Shown one piece after another: positions 33,105 to 43,600 of a DNA stretch of 64,000 nt. Position 1 is the stretch's first letter, and each line of letters opens with the position of its first letter. The notes under the pieces are model-generated. The model was not told the DNA's origin. It did no database searches and saw only the letters and a list, made by a program, of their open reading frames with translations. A program made the position numbers and the translations under genes. The DNA comes from an uncultured Spirochaetota bacterium (GTDB lineage Bacteria > Spirochaetota > Spirochaetia > SZUA-6 > Fen-1364), in NCBI GenBank assembly GCA_963820525.1, contig CAWGAA010000003.1:704001-768000 (forward strand). Direction: 5' to 3'.

Positions 33105-33146
33105 CTTTCGAGGAACTCTCTCCTCATAGAGCCTCCACTTCTCAAG

Positions 33147-33179
33147 TCTGGCGGGCGGCGCGTGGCGCCGCCCGCCAGA
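33147..33179. terminator. 15-bp stem hairpin between convergent genes
   Basis: TCTGGCGGGCGGCGC-GTG-GCGCCGCCCGCCAGA. Confidence 0.65.
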
Positions 33180-33191
33180 GACCGCCCGGCC

Positions 33192-34082
33192 TCAGCACCC
33201 GGCGACAGGCTCGATCCGCTCCATCGAAGAGATGAGAAACGTCCGCCTTTCCTCCCGAAGATGACAGAATGCTTCCAGCGCGGGAACGCCGCCGACCAGG
33301 AGAAACGAGAGCGGCGTAATCCTGCGGACCGTCCGCTCGCCCCGGCCGCTCATATAGGTGATCTCCACCGGCTCCCCCTTTCCAAGGGCACGGCTCAATA
33401 GGCAGATGCGTTCCGCCTCCGGCGGCCGGCGGGAGACGAAGCTGAGCGGGGGACCAGAGCGCTCCAGAATGTCTTCCACGCGGCAGACACCGTGAGCTGC
33501 CAGCCGCCTGACACAGACGAGGAAAAGATCGCGGCATGTCAGGGCATCCGCCAGCGCCCGGTGGATCTCCCGCCCTTCCAGGCAATGCTCGCGCCTGAGG
33601 GAGGAGAGGCTGTAGCTGTGGCGGTTTGGGAAGACGCACCTTGCCAGGCCTCGCGTGTCTATCACGGGAACGTCGGGTGAATCGATGCCCAGGCGGGCCA
33701 TCTCCCGCGAAATGAATCCGACGTCGAAGGACGCGTTGTGCGCGATCGGGAATGAGCCTGCCAGGAAGGAAAGAAAGCGCGGCAGGGCTTCCTCGATGGG
33801 CGGGGCTCCCAGGAGCATCTCATCCGTGATGCAGTTGACCCTCCGCGCCTCCGCGGGAACGGGGATCCCCGGATCCACGAAGGTCTCGAACGTGCCGACG
33901 CCTTCCGGGCCGAATGAAACAGCGCCGATCTCCACGATGCGGTCTACCCCGGGGTAGAGCCCCGTGGTTTCCAGGTCGAAAGCCGTGAAGACCGGCCGCG
34001 GAGCGCCGCCGCCTTCCAAGAGGGCAAGGATGGGCCGCGGCGCGCCGTCTCCGCCTCCCACAAGGGGAATGTTGCCGCTCAC
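33192..34082 (-). CDS. DEDDh (DnaQ-like) 3'-5' exonuclease with C-terminal WYL domain
   Basis: FDLETTG, AHNASFD, HRALADA; C-terminal VEITY...TVRRITP...AFCHLREERRTF. Confidence 0.85.
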   Translation of the reverse strand: MSGNIPLVGGGDGAPRPILALLEGGGAPRPVFTAFDLETTGLYPGVDRIVEIGAVSFGPEGVGTFETFVDPGIPVPAEARRVNCITDEMLLGAPPIEEALPRFLSFLAGSFPIAHNASFDVGFISREMARLGIDSPDVPVIDTRGLARCVFPNRHSYSLSSLRREHCLEGREIHRALADALTCRDLFLVCVRRLAAHGVCRVEDILERSGPPLSFVSRRPPEAERICLLSRALGKGEPVEITYMSGRGERTVRRITPLSFLLVGGVPALEAFCHLREERRTFLISSMERIEPVAGC

Positions 34083-34264
34083 TCTTTCAGCTTTTCCGGG
34101 GTGGATTCTCCGAGGAGGAGCTTGCAGATGTTCTTGTACCCCACTTTTCTGTAGGCGCGGAAGAGCTTCGAAAACTCATCGTACGCCTCCGGGTAGCCGT
34201 CCTTCAGCTTCTCCAATCGCACAAGCACTTCCTTGAGTTCTTCCAACGACGCCATGGCGGGCAT
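34079..34264 (-). CDS. Small hypothetical protein (61 aa)
   Basis: GGAGG RBS; helical charged sequence with RKVGYKNICKLL; 4-nt overlap with exonuclease start. Confidence 0.7.
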   Translation of the reverse strand: MPAMASLEELKEVLVRLEKLKDGYPEAYDEFSKLFRAYRKVGYKNICKLLLGESTPEKLKE

Positions 34265-34309
34265 GCAATCCTCCTTCGAGCGCTCGCCGGCGGACGAGCG
34301 TGTCTCTCT

Positions 34310-35443
34310 TCAGACTACGGTGAAGGAATCCACCGCGCTTCTATCGAGCCGCTTGAGGACCTCGACCACGAGCGCGATGCAGTTATCGACGTCCTCCAGG
34401 CTGAGGATCCCGACGTGGGAGTGGATGTGGCGTGTGGGGATGGAAACGACGATGCTGGGGCAGCCCGCATTGGCCATATGGATGGCCCCGGCGTCCGTTC
34501 CACCGCCGCGGGTCTGGGAAAGCTGGTAGGGAATCTTCGCTTCCTCGGCGGCGTGGACCACGAGCTCTTTCAGCGGCTGGTTGGGGATCATGGAGGAGTC
34601 GAAGGTGATGATGGAAGGGCCCAGCCCCATCTTGGTCGGCGCGTCGCTCGGCTCGATCCCGGGCACGTCCCCCGCGATGTCCACTTCCAGGGTCAGGCAC
34701 ACGTCGGGCTGGGCCATGTGCGCCGAGGTGCGCGCTCCGCGCAGCCCCACTTCCTCCTGGACCGTGGCGATGCCCACGACGGTATTGGGATGGTCTATCC
34801 GCTCGTCCCGGAGGCGGCGGATCGCTTCGCAGGCGACGAACGCCCCCACCCGGTCGTCGAAGCCCTTGCCGAAGGCGAGCGTGGTCTTGCCCAGATTTTT
34901 TTCCTCGCCGTCGAGCTTTCTGAAAACACTCTTCTCTATGGTGAAGAAGGGGGAGTCGGGCGCAACGGGGTCACCGATACGGATCCCCAGCTCCTTCGCT
35001 TCCCGCTCATTGGAGCATCCCACATCGATGAACATCTTGTCCTTGGTAACCACCTTGGAGCGCTCTTCAGGGGGCAGCACGTGCGGCGGCTTTGCGGCGA
35101 TGACCCCGATGACAAAACCTCCCCGCGACGTCCTGATCCGCACCTTCTGGCCCAGGAGCACCTGGTCAAACCATCCCCCCAGGGCATTGAAGGTGAGATA
35201 CCCCTTCTCGTTGATGCCGGACACCACGAAGCCCACTTCGTCCACATGTCCCGCAAGGATGACGAGGGGTTTGTCCGAGCTTCCCCTCTTTCTGAAGTGG
35301 AGAGACCCCAGCTTGTCGCTGGCCAATCCATCCACGAACGGGGAGACGTAGTCCTTTACGGCGCGCACGACATCCCGCTCGAACCCGGAAGGCCCGAAAC
35401 TTTCGCTCAAGCGCTTCAGGAACTCCAGCGCCTTGCTTTCCAT
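34310..35443 (-). CDS. M42 family metallo-aminopeptidase
   Basis: GPSGFE, AGHVDEVG, GKGFDDRVG, VQEEVGLRGA, GGTDAG, RHIHS. Confidence 0.92.
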   Translation of the reverse strand: MESKALEFLKRLSESFGPSGFERDVVRAVKDYVSPFVDGLASDKLGSLHFRKRGSSDKPLVILAGHVDEVGFVVSGINEKGYLTFNALGGWFDQVLLGQKVRIRTSRGGFVIGVIAAKPPHVLPPEERSKVVTKDKMFIDVGCSNEREAKELGIRIGDPVAPDSPFFTIEKSVFRKLDGEEKNLGKTTLAFGKGFDDRVGAFVACEAIRRLRDERIDHPNTVVGIATVQEEVGLRGARTSAHMAQPDVCLTLEVDIAGDVPGIEPSDAPTKMGLGPSIITFDSSMIPNQPLKELVVHAAEEAKIPYQLSQTRGGGTDAGAIHMANAGCPSIVVSIPTRHIHSHVGILSLEDVDNCIALVVEVLKRLDRSAVDSFTVV

Positions 35444-35449
35444 GAAAAA

Positions 35450-35479
35450 AGGATACGTGCACGCGCGCGCACATGTCAA
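35450..35479 (-). promoter_or_regulatory. Sigma70-type promoter for M42 peptidase operon
   Basis: Minus strand TTGACA-N18-TATCCT, 6 nt before the ATG. Confidence 0.55.
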
Positions 35480-35611
35480 GGCAAGCAAAGCCGCGCTGCG
35501 TTACTGCAAGCGGCGGCAGCGGCGCCAGGGACAAACGGCAGCGGCTGGTGCGCCAGATGCTGCCGACGGGCCGCTGTTGCTCACCCGCCTTGCGGTGATA
35601 TAGTTGCCTCA

Positions 35612-36229
35612 ATGAAACTCAAATACAACGCGCCCGTCTGTTTGAGCTTTTCCCTGATCTCTGCCCTGGTCCTCCTGATAAGCCAGGTCACGGGGGGCAC
35701 CCTGATCTCCACCATGTTCTCGATCTCTCCGTTTGGATTCAACCTCGCCTCGCCGCTTTCGTGGTTTCGCCTCTTCTCCCACGTGATCGGGCACGCCAGC
35801 TGGACCCACCTCATCGGCAACTTCTCCTTCATCCTGCTCATCGGCCCCATCCTGGAGGAGAAGTACCACTCGGGGCCCATCCTCCTCATGATGCTCGTCA
35901 CCGCCCTGGCCACGGGACTGCTGGACCTCTTCATCATGAGGGCCCAGCTCCTCGGGGCGAGCGGCATCGTTTTCATGTTCATTCTTCTGTCCTCCTTCAC
36001 CAATATCCGCTCCAGGGAGATTCCCGTCACCTTCATCCTCATCGTGGTCCTGTATCTGGTGAAGGAGTTCGTCGACGCTCTCACTCCGAGTCCCATCGCC
36101 AATCTCGCCCACATCCTCGGAGGAGTCATCGGGGCAATGTTCGGTTTCCTCTTCAGCAGGAATGACGCGCAGGCAAAGACCCTTCCGCCAAAGCCTGACG
36201 GCACGACGATACAGGGGAGAAAGATATGA
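35612..36229 (+). CDS. Rhomboid intramembrane serine protease
   Basis: HVIGHASWTHLIGN, GPILEEKY, GASG, AHILGG. Confidence 0.9.
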   Translation: MKLKYNAPVCLSFSLISALVLLISQVTGGTLISTMFSISPFGFNLASPLSWFRLFSHVIGHASWTHLIGNFSFILLIGPILEEKYHSGPILLMMLVTALATGLLDLFIMRAQLLGASGIVFMFILLSSFTNIRSREIPVTFILIVVLYLVKEFVDALTPSPIANLAHILGGVIGAMFGFLFSRNDAQAKTLPPKPDGTTIQGRKI

Positions 36230-38264
36230 GCACGATACGCGCTTTTTATCCGATCTTTACCGCTGCGGCCATCCTCTTCGCCGCCCTTCCCGCGGCCGCC
36301 GACGAGAAGCCCGCCTCGGTCCCTCTGACGGGGATCGTTCTCTTCACGAGCGGCGTGGGGTACTTCCAGCACGACGGAACGGTGGAAGGCGATGGGCGGA
36401 TGGAGCTTCAGTTCACGGCCGACGGAATCAACGATGTGCTGAAGAGCATGATTCTGCGGGACTTCGGCGGCGGCGCTGTCTCCAGCGTCACCTACGCCTC
36501 GCAGGATCCCCTCACCCGGACCTTGAAGTCCTTTGCCGTCGACCTCACCGGCAACCCCGGACTTGCCGCCATTCTCTCCCAGGTGCGCGGCAGGGCGGTG
36601 GAGGTCTCCGCCCCCGACACGGTCCGGGGTACCGTTCTCGCAGTGGAGGCACAGCAGCAGACATCGGACAAGGCGACGATAACGACATACACCCTGGACC
36701 TCCTCACGCCCCAAGGGATACGGAGCGTCGCCCTTGCCCAGGTCCAGGTGATCAGGTTCCTCGACAAGGATCTCCAGACGGAATTGGAGGAGGCGCTCGC
36801 CCTGATCGCCTCCTCCAAGGACCTGGACAAAAAGAAGGTGGTCCTGCACTTCGCCGGCTCCGGGAAGCGCCGCGTCCGGGTGGGATACATCCAGGAGACG
36901 CCGGTGTGGAAGACCAGCTACCGCCTCGCCGTCGGCGAGGACAAGACCCCATTCCTCCAGGGCTGGGCGGTCGTGGAGAACACCTCGGACCAGGATTGGA
37001 AGGACGTGAGCCTCACCCTGGTATCCGGGAGACCCATCACGTTCGCCATGGACCTCTACACGCCGCTGTATGTGGAAAGGCCCGAGGTCCAACTGGACCT
37101 GTACTCGTCCCTGCGCCCGCAGACCTACGACATGGCGATGAGCGAATCGCAGGGGGAGCCGGCCGCCCCTCCAAGGGCCGAATCCGCGCGGGCGCCCGCC
37201 CCGGCGCCATCCCTCAGGAAAGCGGCGCCGCCGCCGGCCGGACAAGCGCTCGCCTCCCAGGATTTTTCTCTGGCGCAGGGCGTTGCCCAGGCCGCCAGGG
37301 CCTCCGAGGTGGGAGAGCTGTTCCAGTACGCGATCGAAAAGCCCGTGAGCCTCCCCCGCCAACAGTCCGCCCTCTTTCCCATCGTCAACAGGAACATCAC
37401 GGGAGAGAAATACTCGATCTACAACGAGTCCGTGGACCCGGCGCGCCCCCTCGCCGCCTTGAAGCTGAAGAACTCGAGCGTCCTTCATCTCATGCAGGGG
37501 CCCGTGACCGTCTTCGACGGCGGCACCTACGCGGGGGACGCCCGCATCACGGATTTCCCCCCCGGCGCCGAGCAGCTCATCAGCTACGCGGTGGACCTCG
37601 ACACCGAGGTGCAGGCCGTCGCGGGCCCGACCCCCGGGACCTCTTCTCCGTGAAGATCTCCAAGGGGATCGTGACCACCACATACAAGATGTCGCGGGAG
37701 AGGGACTATCAGGCGAGGAACCGCGGCTCGAAGCCCAAGTCCCTGATCATCGAGCACCCGTTCGACGCCGATTGGACCCTGGCTCAGCCCCGGCAGCCCA
37801 TGGAGCGCTCACGCTCGGCCTACCGCTTCCTCCTCCCCCTGGAGGCGGGAGCGACGAAGAAGCTCGCCGTGATCGAGGAGCGCCAGGTGGACCAGACCGT
37901 ATCCGCGGGAAGCCTCACCCCGGACGCTGTCGGCATTTTCGTGCGCTCCTCCGCCGTGAGCCAGGCCGTGAAGGACGCGCTGGCGAAGCTCCTGGCGCTG
38001 AAGCTCAAGCTTTCCGACGCGCAGTCCCAGCGCCAGCGCCTGGAGACCGAGGTGGCGGACATCTACAAGGAGCAGGAGCGGATCCGGGAGAACCTCGGCC
38101 GGATCGACCAGGGCTCCACGCTCTCTGCCCGCTACGTGAAGACCTTGAATGACCAGGAGGACCGGCTTGCCAAGCTGCGCGATGACATCACCCGGGCGCG
38201 GGCCGATGAGGCCGCGCGGCAGAAGGACGTGGATGCCTTTCTCCTGGCCATCGATGTGAAATAG
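36226..38264 (+). CDS. Secreted DUF4139/DUF4140-type protein (frameshifted near 37636, probably a sequencing indel)
   Basis: Signal peptide; VLFTSGVGYF, DVLKS, PVWKTSYRL, QGWAVVENTS..DW, LVSGRP; continues in the -1 frame to a coiled-coil EQERIRENL ending at 38264. Confidence 0.8.
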
Positions 38265-38350
38265 ACGCCGGCGCTTCGGTGCATGTGATGCGGCCTGTTG
38301 AGCCTGCCGCTTTTGTGCTACATTCATTGGTGCAACCTCGAAGGATCCGT

Positions 38351-39493
38351 ATGAAGCGCAGAAGAACTGCTTTTGTTTTCATCCTGACGCTCGGGACGCT
38401 CCTCCCCTGGCGGCTTGCCGCCTGGGACGGCGCTTTCTTCGACCTTTTCCAGATCCCCTTCTCCGCCCGGGAAGCGGCGCTGGGGGGGGTCCACGCGGCC
38501 CTGGCCGACGATCTGACCACCCTGGTGAGCAATCCCGCCGGGTTCCGCTCCGCCGGCCCGGAGTTCTCCCTCGCTGAAATGACCTTCAGCATCTACGATT
38601 CGGCTCCTTCGCTGCTCGACGAGGTGATCACGAGCCAGCCCAGCACCACCCCGGATCTCCGCCGCGCGACCATGAACCTCATGGGGCCCCTTTTCATCGG
38701 CTACGTGGGCGATGGGCTGGGTTTCGGCCTTTTCAGCAGCACCAACGTCCGCACGTGGACCTGGGGGGCGTATCCAGCCGGCCGCTCGGTGATCCAGCAG
38801 AACCTCGTGGTGGTGGCCGGATATTCGTTTCGAATCCCGTTCCCCGAGGAGTGGCAGAGCACCCTCGACCTGGGCTTCACGATCCCCGTATTCGTCACGG
38901 CAAGAAGCGACACCGCGAAGGATGTCCGCGGGATATTCACTTCCTCCATTACCCCTCCCGCCGTGGTTGCCGACCAGCCCTTCACCATGGCGGAGGGAGT
39001 GAGCGCGGAGTTCGGGATTCTGTACTCCTACGACAATGTGTTCTCCGTGGGGATAGCGGCGCGGGACCTGGCCATTGTCTCGACGAACTCCTACCCATCC
39101 CTCGTCTCGTTTCTCGCGGGCGGTCTTCCCGATACGCGCAACACCCCCCTGCCCATGGACATATCGGCGGGGTTCAAATGGAGCCCGCCCATCAAGAATC
39201 TTCTCCGTTCCATCGATGGGCTCAGTCTCATGGCCGATTATCACGATATCTTCGATTTCGTCTTCTATCCGGAGGGGGCGCGAAATCCTTTCCTGCACAT
39301 CGGAATCGGCCTTGAGATGCAGATCCTGCAGATCGTGAAGCTGCGCGCCGGCTTTTACCAGTGCCTGCCCAGCGGAGGAATCGAGCTGGATCTTTCCCTG
39401 TTCAAGCTGAACGTGGCCGTATTCGGCAGGGAATTGACGAGCCGGCCCTGGGGGTACCCCGTGTACGGGTATATGATCGGGGTGAGATTCTAG
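38351..39493 (+). CDS. Outer-membrane beta-barrel protein, FadL/TraF/PorV-like
   Basis: Signal peptide; SAREAALGG...D...SNPAG hatch motif; alternating strands; terminal YMIGVRF. Confidence 0.7.
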   Translation: MKRRRTAFVFILTLGTLLPWRLAAWDGAFFDLFQIPFSAREAALGGVHAALADDLTTLVSNPAGFRSAGPEFSLAEMTFSIYDSAPSLLDEVITSQPSTTPDLRRATMNLMGPLFIGYVGDGLGFGLFSSTNVRTWTWGAYPAGRSVIQQNLVVVAGYSFRIPFPEEWQSTLDLGFTIPVFVTARSDTAKDVRGIFTSSITPPAVVADQPFTMAEGVSAEFGILYSYDNVFSVGIAARDLAIVSTNSYPSLVSFLAGGLPDTRNTPLPMDISAGFKWSPPIKNLLRSIDGLSLMADYHDIFDFVFYPEGARNPFLHIGIGLEMQILQIVKLRAGFYQCLPSGGIELDLSLFKLNVAVFGRELTSRPWGYPVYGYMIGVRF

Positions 39494-39524
39494 GTCAGTG
39501 CAGGCCAAACGAATGCGCCGAACG

Positions 39525-40208
39525 ATGAAGATTTTCGCGACCTTGACGGTCGCCCTCCTCACGGCAACGCCGGCGGCATGGACGCAGGAGCGGGCCGCAT
39601 CCGATGGGCTCATGCGAAAAATGGCCGCCCTGGTCCTGACGCACAACCCCATCCTCCTGTCGCAGAGCCGGCTCATCGAAGAGGGCCGGCGCATCGTCGA
39701 GCCGGGAGACGGATTCGCGATCCCGGGGATGACCCTCGGCGCGGGGCTTGGTATCTGGAACCCGTACACGAACTCCTTCGCCGTCACCCCCTCCGTGACC
39801 TTTGGTTTGAGCTTCTCCTTCAGCGATCCGACCCGGGGGCTGAACGTCCTGAAGATCAAGGAGGAGAAGGAGCTGGCCAAGCAGCAATGGGAGACGGCGA
39901 AGAACACGACGCTGGCCCAGCTCTTCTCCAAGATCCGCGACATCCAGAAGCTGAAGAGCCAGGGGAGGAACCTCGCCTCCCTGAAGAAGTACCTCGAGGA
40001 TTACAGCAGCGTTGCCCAGAGCCAGAGGATCGAGCAGGCAATCGGTCCCGACAAGCTCTGGGAGCTGAAGGAGCGGCTTACGAATCTCGATATTGACCTC
40101 CAGACCCTGGACGGCCAGCTTGAAACGACGATGCTGGAAACGGCCATGAGCCTCGGTGGGGACGCGTGGGAAGACCTGCTCCAGCTCCTCCGCGAGCTCG
40201 ACGGGTGA
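39525..40208 (+). CDS. Exported protein resembling a single outer-membrane efflux (TolC/OEP) repeat
   Basis: Signal peptide; helix ending HNPIL, beta-hairpin PGMTLGAGLG...SVTFGLSFSFSD, then long helices ending SLGG; GTGA overlap with wzc. Confidence 0.6.
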   Translation: MKIFATLTVALLTATPAAWTQERAASDGLMRKMAALVLTHNPILLSQSRLIEEGRRIVEPGDGFAIPGMTLGAGLGIWNPYTNSFAVTPSVTFGLSFSFSDPTRGLNVLKIKEEKELAKQQWETAKNTTLAQLFSKIRDIQKLKSQGRNLASLKKYLEDYSSVAQSQRIEQAIGPDKLWELKERLTNLDIDLQTLDGQLETTMLETAMSLGGDAWEDLLQLLRELDG

Positions 40209-42361
40209 GCGCGCCGGTCGGGGAGGACGGAAGAGCTTTGGCTGACGGCGCGAAGGACAGGAGGAGACTCGAGGATTTCTGGACCATCGTCTGGCAGCGG
40301 AAGTGGATCGTCGGCCTGGCCGTGCTCGCCACTCTGGCCGCCGTCTACATCGGCAACTCCCTGGCGACTCCCGCCTACGAGGCATCCGCCACCCTCCATA
40401 TCAAGGAGCAGATGCCCTCCGTCCTGGGCGAAAGCCTCTACAGCACGGGATTCTCGGATCTCTCCCCCCTGGAGGAGATCAACACGCAGATGGAGATCCT
40501 CAAGAGCCGCAGCATGCTGGAAGAGGTGATAGCCAAGCTGGGGCTCGTGGAGGCGCTGGCGCCCGTAAACAAGGGGCTCTCCCAGAGCGAGAGGCTGCAA
40601 TCTACCATCGACATCCTCAAGAAGCGGATTTCTGTCGGCAATGTCACAAGCACGCGGCTCATCAGGGTGTCGGTGCGTTCGCGGGATCCCGAGCAGGCGA
40701 TGAGAATCGCCAATGCGATCTCCGAGGCCTTCATAGAGAGGAACGTCGAGTCGAAACGCAGCGAGGCGAACGCGGTTTTGGCTTTCGTGAGCGACCAGGT
40801 GAACCAAGTGAGCGCCAAGCTGGACAGGGCGGAAGAGGACCTGCTGAAATACAAGCAGGCGCAGCGGATAACGGATCTCCCCGAGGAGGCCAGGCTCAAG
40901 CTCGACAGGCTTGCCGAGCTTGAAAGCTCCTACCAGCAGGCGAATATCGAGCGGCAGATCCTGGCCACCCGAAACGCCGGCGCACAGAAGCTCTCGCCGA
41001 CGGACGATCTCCTCGCCGGCATTTCGAACAACCCGTCCGTGAAGGCGATGCAGGACCAGCTCACGGGGCTGGAGGGACGCCTGACGGAACTGGGACCGGA
41101 AGACCCGAAAGCCGCGGGACTGAAGGGCCGGATCGAGTCCCTGCGGAAGGACATCCAGACGGAAATCGAAAAGGCGCTTGCGCCGGGCAAAGGCACGTCC
41201 GTCAATTCGGTGCTCCAGCTCCAGCTGGCCGAATACAAGTCGCAGGATATAATCCTCGCCGCCCAGCAGGAGGCGCTGCGGAAGCTGATCGATGCCAACG
41301 AAGGGGAGATAAACAGGCTGTCCGCCCAGGATATAAGCCTCGCCAGGCTGGAGCGGGCCCGAAGGATAAACGACGAGCTGTACTCCGCCTTGATGAAAGC
41401 GAAAAACGAGGCGCAGATCGAAGCGATCAGCCAGATCGGGAACATCGACGTCATCGATCCGGCCGTGACGCCCCTCTCTCCCGTGAGCCCGCGAAAGCAG
41501 GAGAACTTCATCGTCGGCTTTCTGCTCAGCCTCCTGATGGGAGTATGCCTCACCTTCCTCCTGGACTACTTCGACAACACGGTGAAGACGGAGGAAGAGG
41601 TCAAGAAGCTGCTGGAGATCCCGCTCCTGGGATTCATCCCCCGGTTCCATCAGAACGGCTCCCTGTCCGGCGGCAGGAAGTCCCGGGAAACCTCCAGAAA
41701 CCTCTCCCTCTTCACCCGGGACGCGCCGAAGTCCTCGATTTCCGAGGCTTTTCGCCTGCTGCGGACCAACCTCTCTTTCATCGAGCTGGACAGGGGGCTG
41801 AAGACGATCGCCGTGACGAGCGCCGTGCCCGGCGAGGGCAAGACCACGATCGTCGCCAACCTCGCCGTCGCCCTGGCCGCCCAGGAAGAGAGGGTGCTGG
41901 TCATGGACGCCGATTTCCGCGCCCCCGCCGTCCACAAGATGTTCGGTTTCCCCCATGCTCCCGGCTTCACCAACATCCTCACGGACCGCCTGAGCCCCCA
42001 GAGCCTGATCAGGCGGGTCAGCGGGGTTCCGAACCTGAGCATCATCACGAGCGGCCCCATCCCCCCGAACCCTGCGGAGATCATCGGCTCCTCGCGGATG
42101 AAGGAGCTGATCGATGAGCTGCGCGAGGGTTTTGATCGGGTCATCTTCGATGCGCCCCCGGTCCTCGGGGCCACGGACGCCGTGGTATTGGCTTCCCGCG
42201 TGGACGGCACGCTGCTGGTCCTCAGGACGGGAAGAATCGACAGGAGGGCAATCACGAGGATGAGGGAGATCCTCGGAAACACGAGAACCAACATCCTCGG
42301 GGGAATCCTCAACGGGGTCGACGTGGGGGACAAGCGATACAGCTACTACGGGTACTACTAA
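40205..42361 (+). CDS. wzc: Polysaccharide co-polymerase/tyrosine autokinase (Wzc)
   Basis: Two TMs around coiled coils; EAFRLLRTNL, PGEGKT, DADFRAP, PPNPAE, FDAPP; C-terminal Tyr cluster RYSYYGYY. Confidence 0.93.
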   Translation: MSAPVGEDGRALADGAKDRRRLEDFWTIVWQRKWIVGLAVLATLAAVYIGNSLATPAYEASATLHIKEQMPSVLGESLYSTGFSDLSPLEEINTQMEILKSRSMLEEVIAKLGLVEALAPVNKGLSQSERLQSTIDILKKRISVGNVTSTRLIRVSVRSRDPEQAMRIANAISEAFIERNVESKRSEANAVLAFVSDQVNQVSAKLDRAEEDLLKYKQAQRITDLPEEARLKLDRLAELESSYQQANIERQILATRNAGAQKLSPTDDLLAGISNNPSVKAMQDQLTGLEGRLTELGPEDPKAAGLKGRIESLRKDIQTEIEKALAPGKGTSVNSVLQLQLAEYKSQDIILAAQQEALRKLIDANEGEINRLSAQDISLARLERARRINDELYSALMKAKNEAQIEAISQIGNIDVIDPAVTPLSPVSPRKQENFIVGFLLSLLMGVCLTFLLDYFDNTVKTEEEVKKLLEIPLLGFIPRFHQNGSLSGGRKSRETSRNLSLFTRDAPKSSISEAFRLLRTNLSFIELDRGLKTIAVTSAVPGEGKTTIVANLAVALAAQEERVLVMDADFRAPAVHKMFGFPHAPGFTNILTDRLSPQSLIRRVSGVPNLSIITSGPIPPNPAEIIGSSRMKELIDELREGFDRVIFDAPPVLGATDAVVLASRVDGTLLVLRTGRIDRRAITRMREILGNTRTNILGGILNGVDVGDKRYSYYGYY

Positions 42362-42433
42362 ACGGTTCCCGTTCCACGGCCGGGTGAATCGGGACCGTGC
42401 GGCGGGGCAAGGCCATGCGCTGGCCGGTTCCCT

Positions 42434-43600
42434 CTACCCGCCGCCTTCGCCGCGAAGGACGAATCGCACAGCTTCCCCCAACCCTGCCGCTGCGGAGGCG
42501 AGAGCGTTCCCGGAAATCAGATCTCCAGCCCTGCGGCCCATTCTCCCCGCCTTCGACGGATCATCGATGAATAGCTTCATCCTCTCGGCGAGCTCCTCCG
42601 GCTGATGGGGATCGAAAACAATCCCGTTTTCTCCCTCGATGACCAGTTCGGACGCGCCCGCCCATCGGGAGCAGAGAACGGGCTTCGAAAAGGCCATGGC
42701 TTCCAGCACGGCCATTCCCCAGACATCCGTAAGAGTCGGGAATACGAAGACGTCGGCGAAATCGAAATATGACCCCAGCCGCCCGTATTCGACCCACCCC
42801 GCCCACGTGATGAGATCCTGCACGGCGAGCCTTCGAGAGCGCTCTTCGAGCTCTGCGCGCTGCGGCCCATCTCCGACCATCAGCACGGTGAAATCCCTCC
42901 GGCCCTGCGCCGCAAGAATCGCGCAGGCGTCCAGGAGGAACGAGAGGCCTTTGAGATGCGCTATCCGCCCGACGTACAGGAAAACGGGACGCCGCAAGCC
43001 GACAAGCCCCGATCCCGCCGGCGCCCCTACCGTGGACAGGGCGGCGGCGCACGGGACGAGATACGGCCTGCTGAAGACCCTGCCTTCTTCCGCTCGAAGC
43101 ACGTCGATCAGGTATTTGCGGCCCATGCGCGAATTCGTGATGAAAGCGTCCGCCCGCCTGGCCATGGCTTTCCTCATCAGCAGGCGGGTTTTCTTGCGCA
43201 TCGAATCGACGCCCGGGGAACTGCCGTCATACACGACGATCACTCTGAACCGAAACACCATCCGCAGAACAAGGGAGAGGGCGCTCCACGCATTGAAGCC
43301 GCTTGCGAAAATGACGCGGGGCCTGAAGCGCGCGATGTGGTACATGGCCCGCACCGGCAAGAGCGTCATGACGAGGTTGTGACTCCTGTCCGCCTTCTTG
43401 AGCGTGAGATTCCTGGCCCTCCCGACAAACCGATGCGAGAAAGATCCGGCATACTGCGCCGGGATGACGGTGCGCAGGCATGAGAAAACGGTCGTGCGGG
43501 GAAACAGCCGGGAAAACTCCGCCAGGATCGGATACCAGTAATACCCGCGCGCCATGAAGGGAATAAGCCACGCGACTGCGGGGCTCTCGCTTCTTTTCAT
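42434..43600 (-). CDS. Glycosyltransferase family 4
   Basis: LYVGRIAHLKG, VGDGP, DVWGMAVLEAMA. Confidence 0.9.
   Translation of the reverse strand: MKRSESPAVAWLIPFMARGYYWYPILAEFSRLFPRTTVFSCLRTVIPAQYAGSFSHRFVGRARNLTLKKADRSHNLVMTLLPVRAMYHIARFRPRVIFASGFNAWSALSLVLRMVFRFRVIVVYDGSSPGVDSMRKKTRLLMRKAMARRADAFITNSRMGRKYLIDVLRAEEGRVFSRPYLVPCAAALSTVGAPAGSGLVGLRRPVFLYVGRIAHLKGLSFLLDACAILAAQGRRDFTVLMVGDGPQRAELEERSRRLAVQDLITWAGWVEYGRLGSYFDFADVFVFPTLTDVWGMAVLEAMAFSKPVLCSRWAGASELVIEGENGIVFDPHQPEELAERMKLFIDDPSKAGRMGRRAGDLISGNALASAAAGLGEAVRFVLRGEGGG

Noticed and set aside
35490..35580. CGGCAGCGGC repeats and a possible hairpin between divergent genes
   Set aside because: Short, GC-rich and irregular; not a CRISPR array or a recognisable ncRNA
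34415..36229. 604-aa ORF
   Set aside because: The N-terminal part is antisense to the M42 peptidase; only the rhomboid from 35612 is credible
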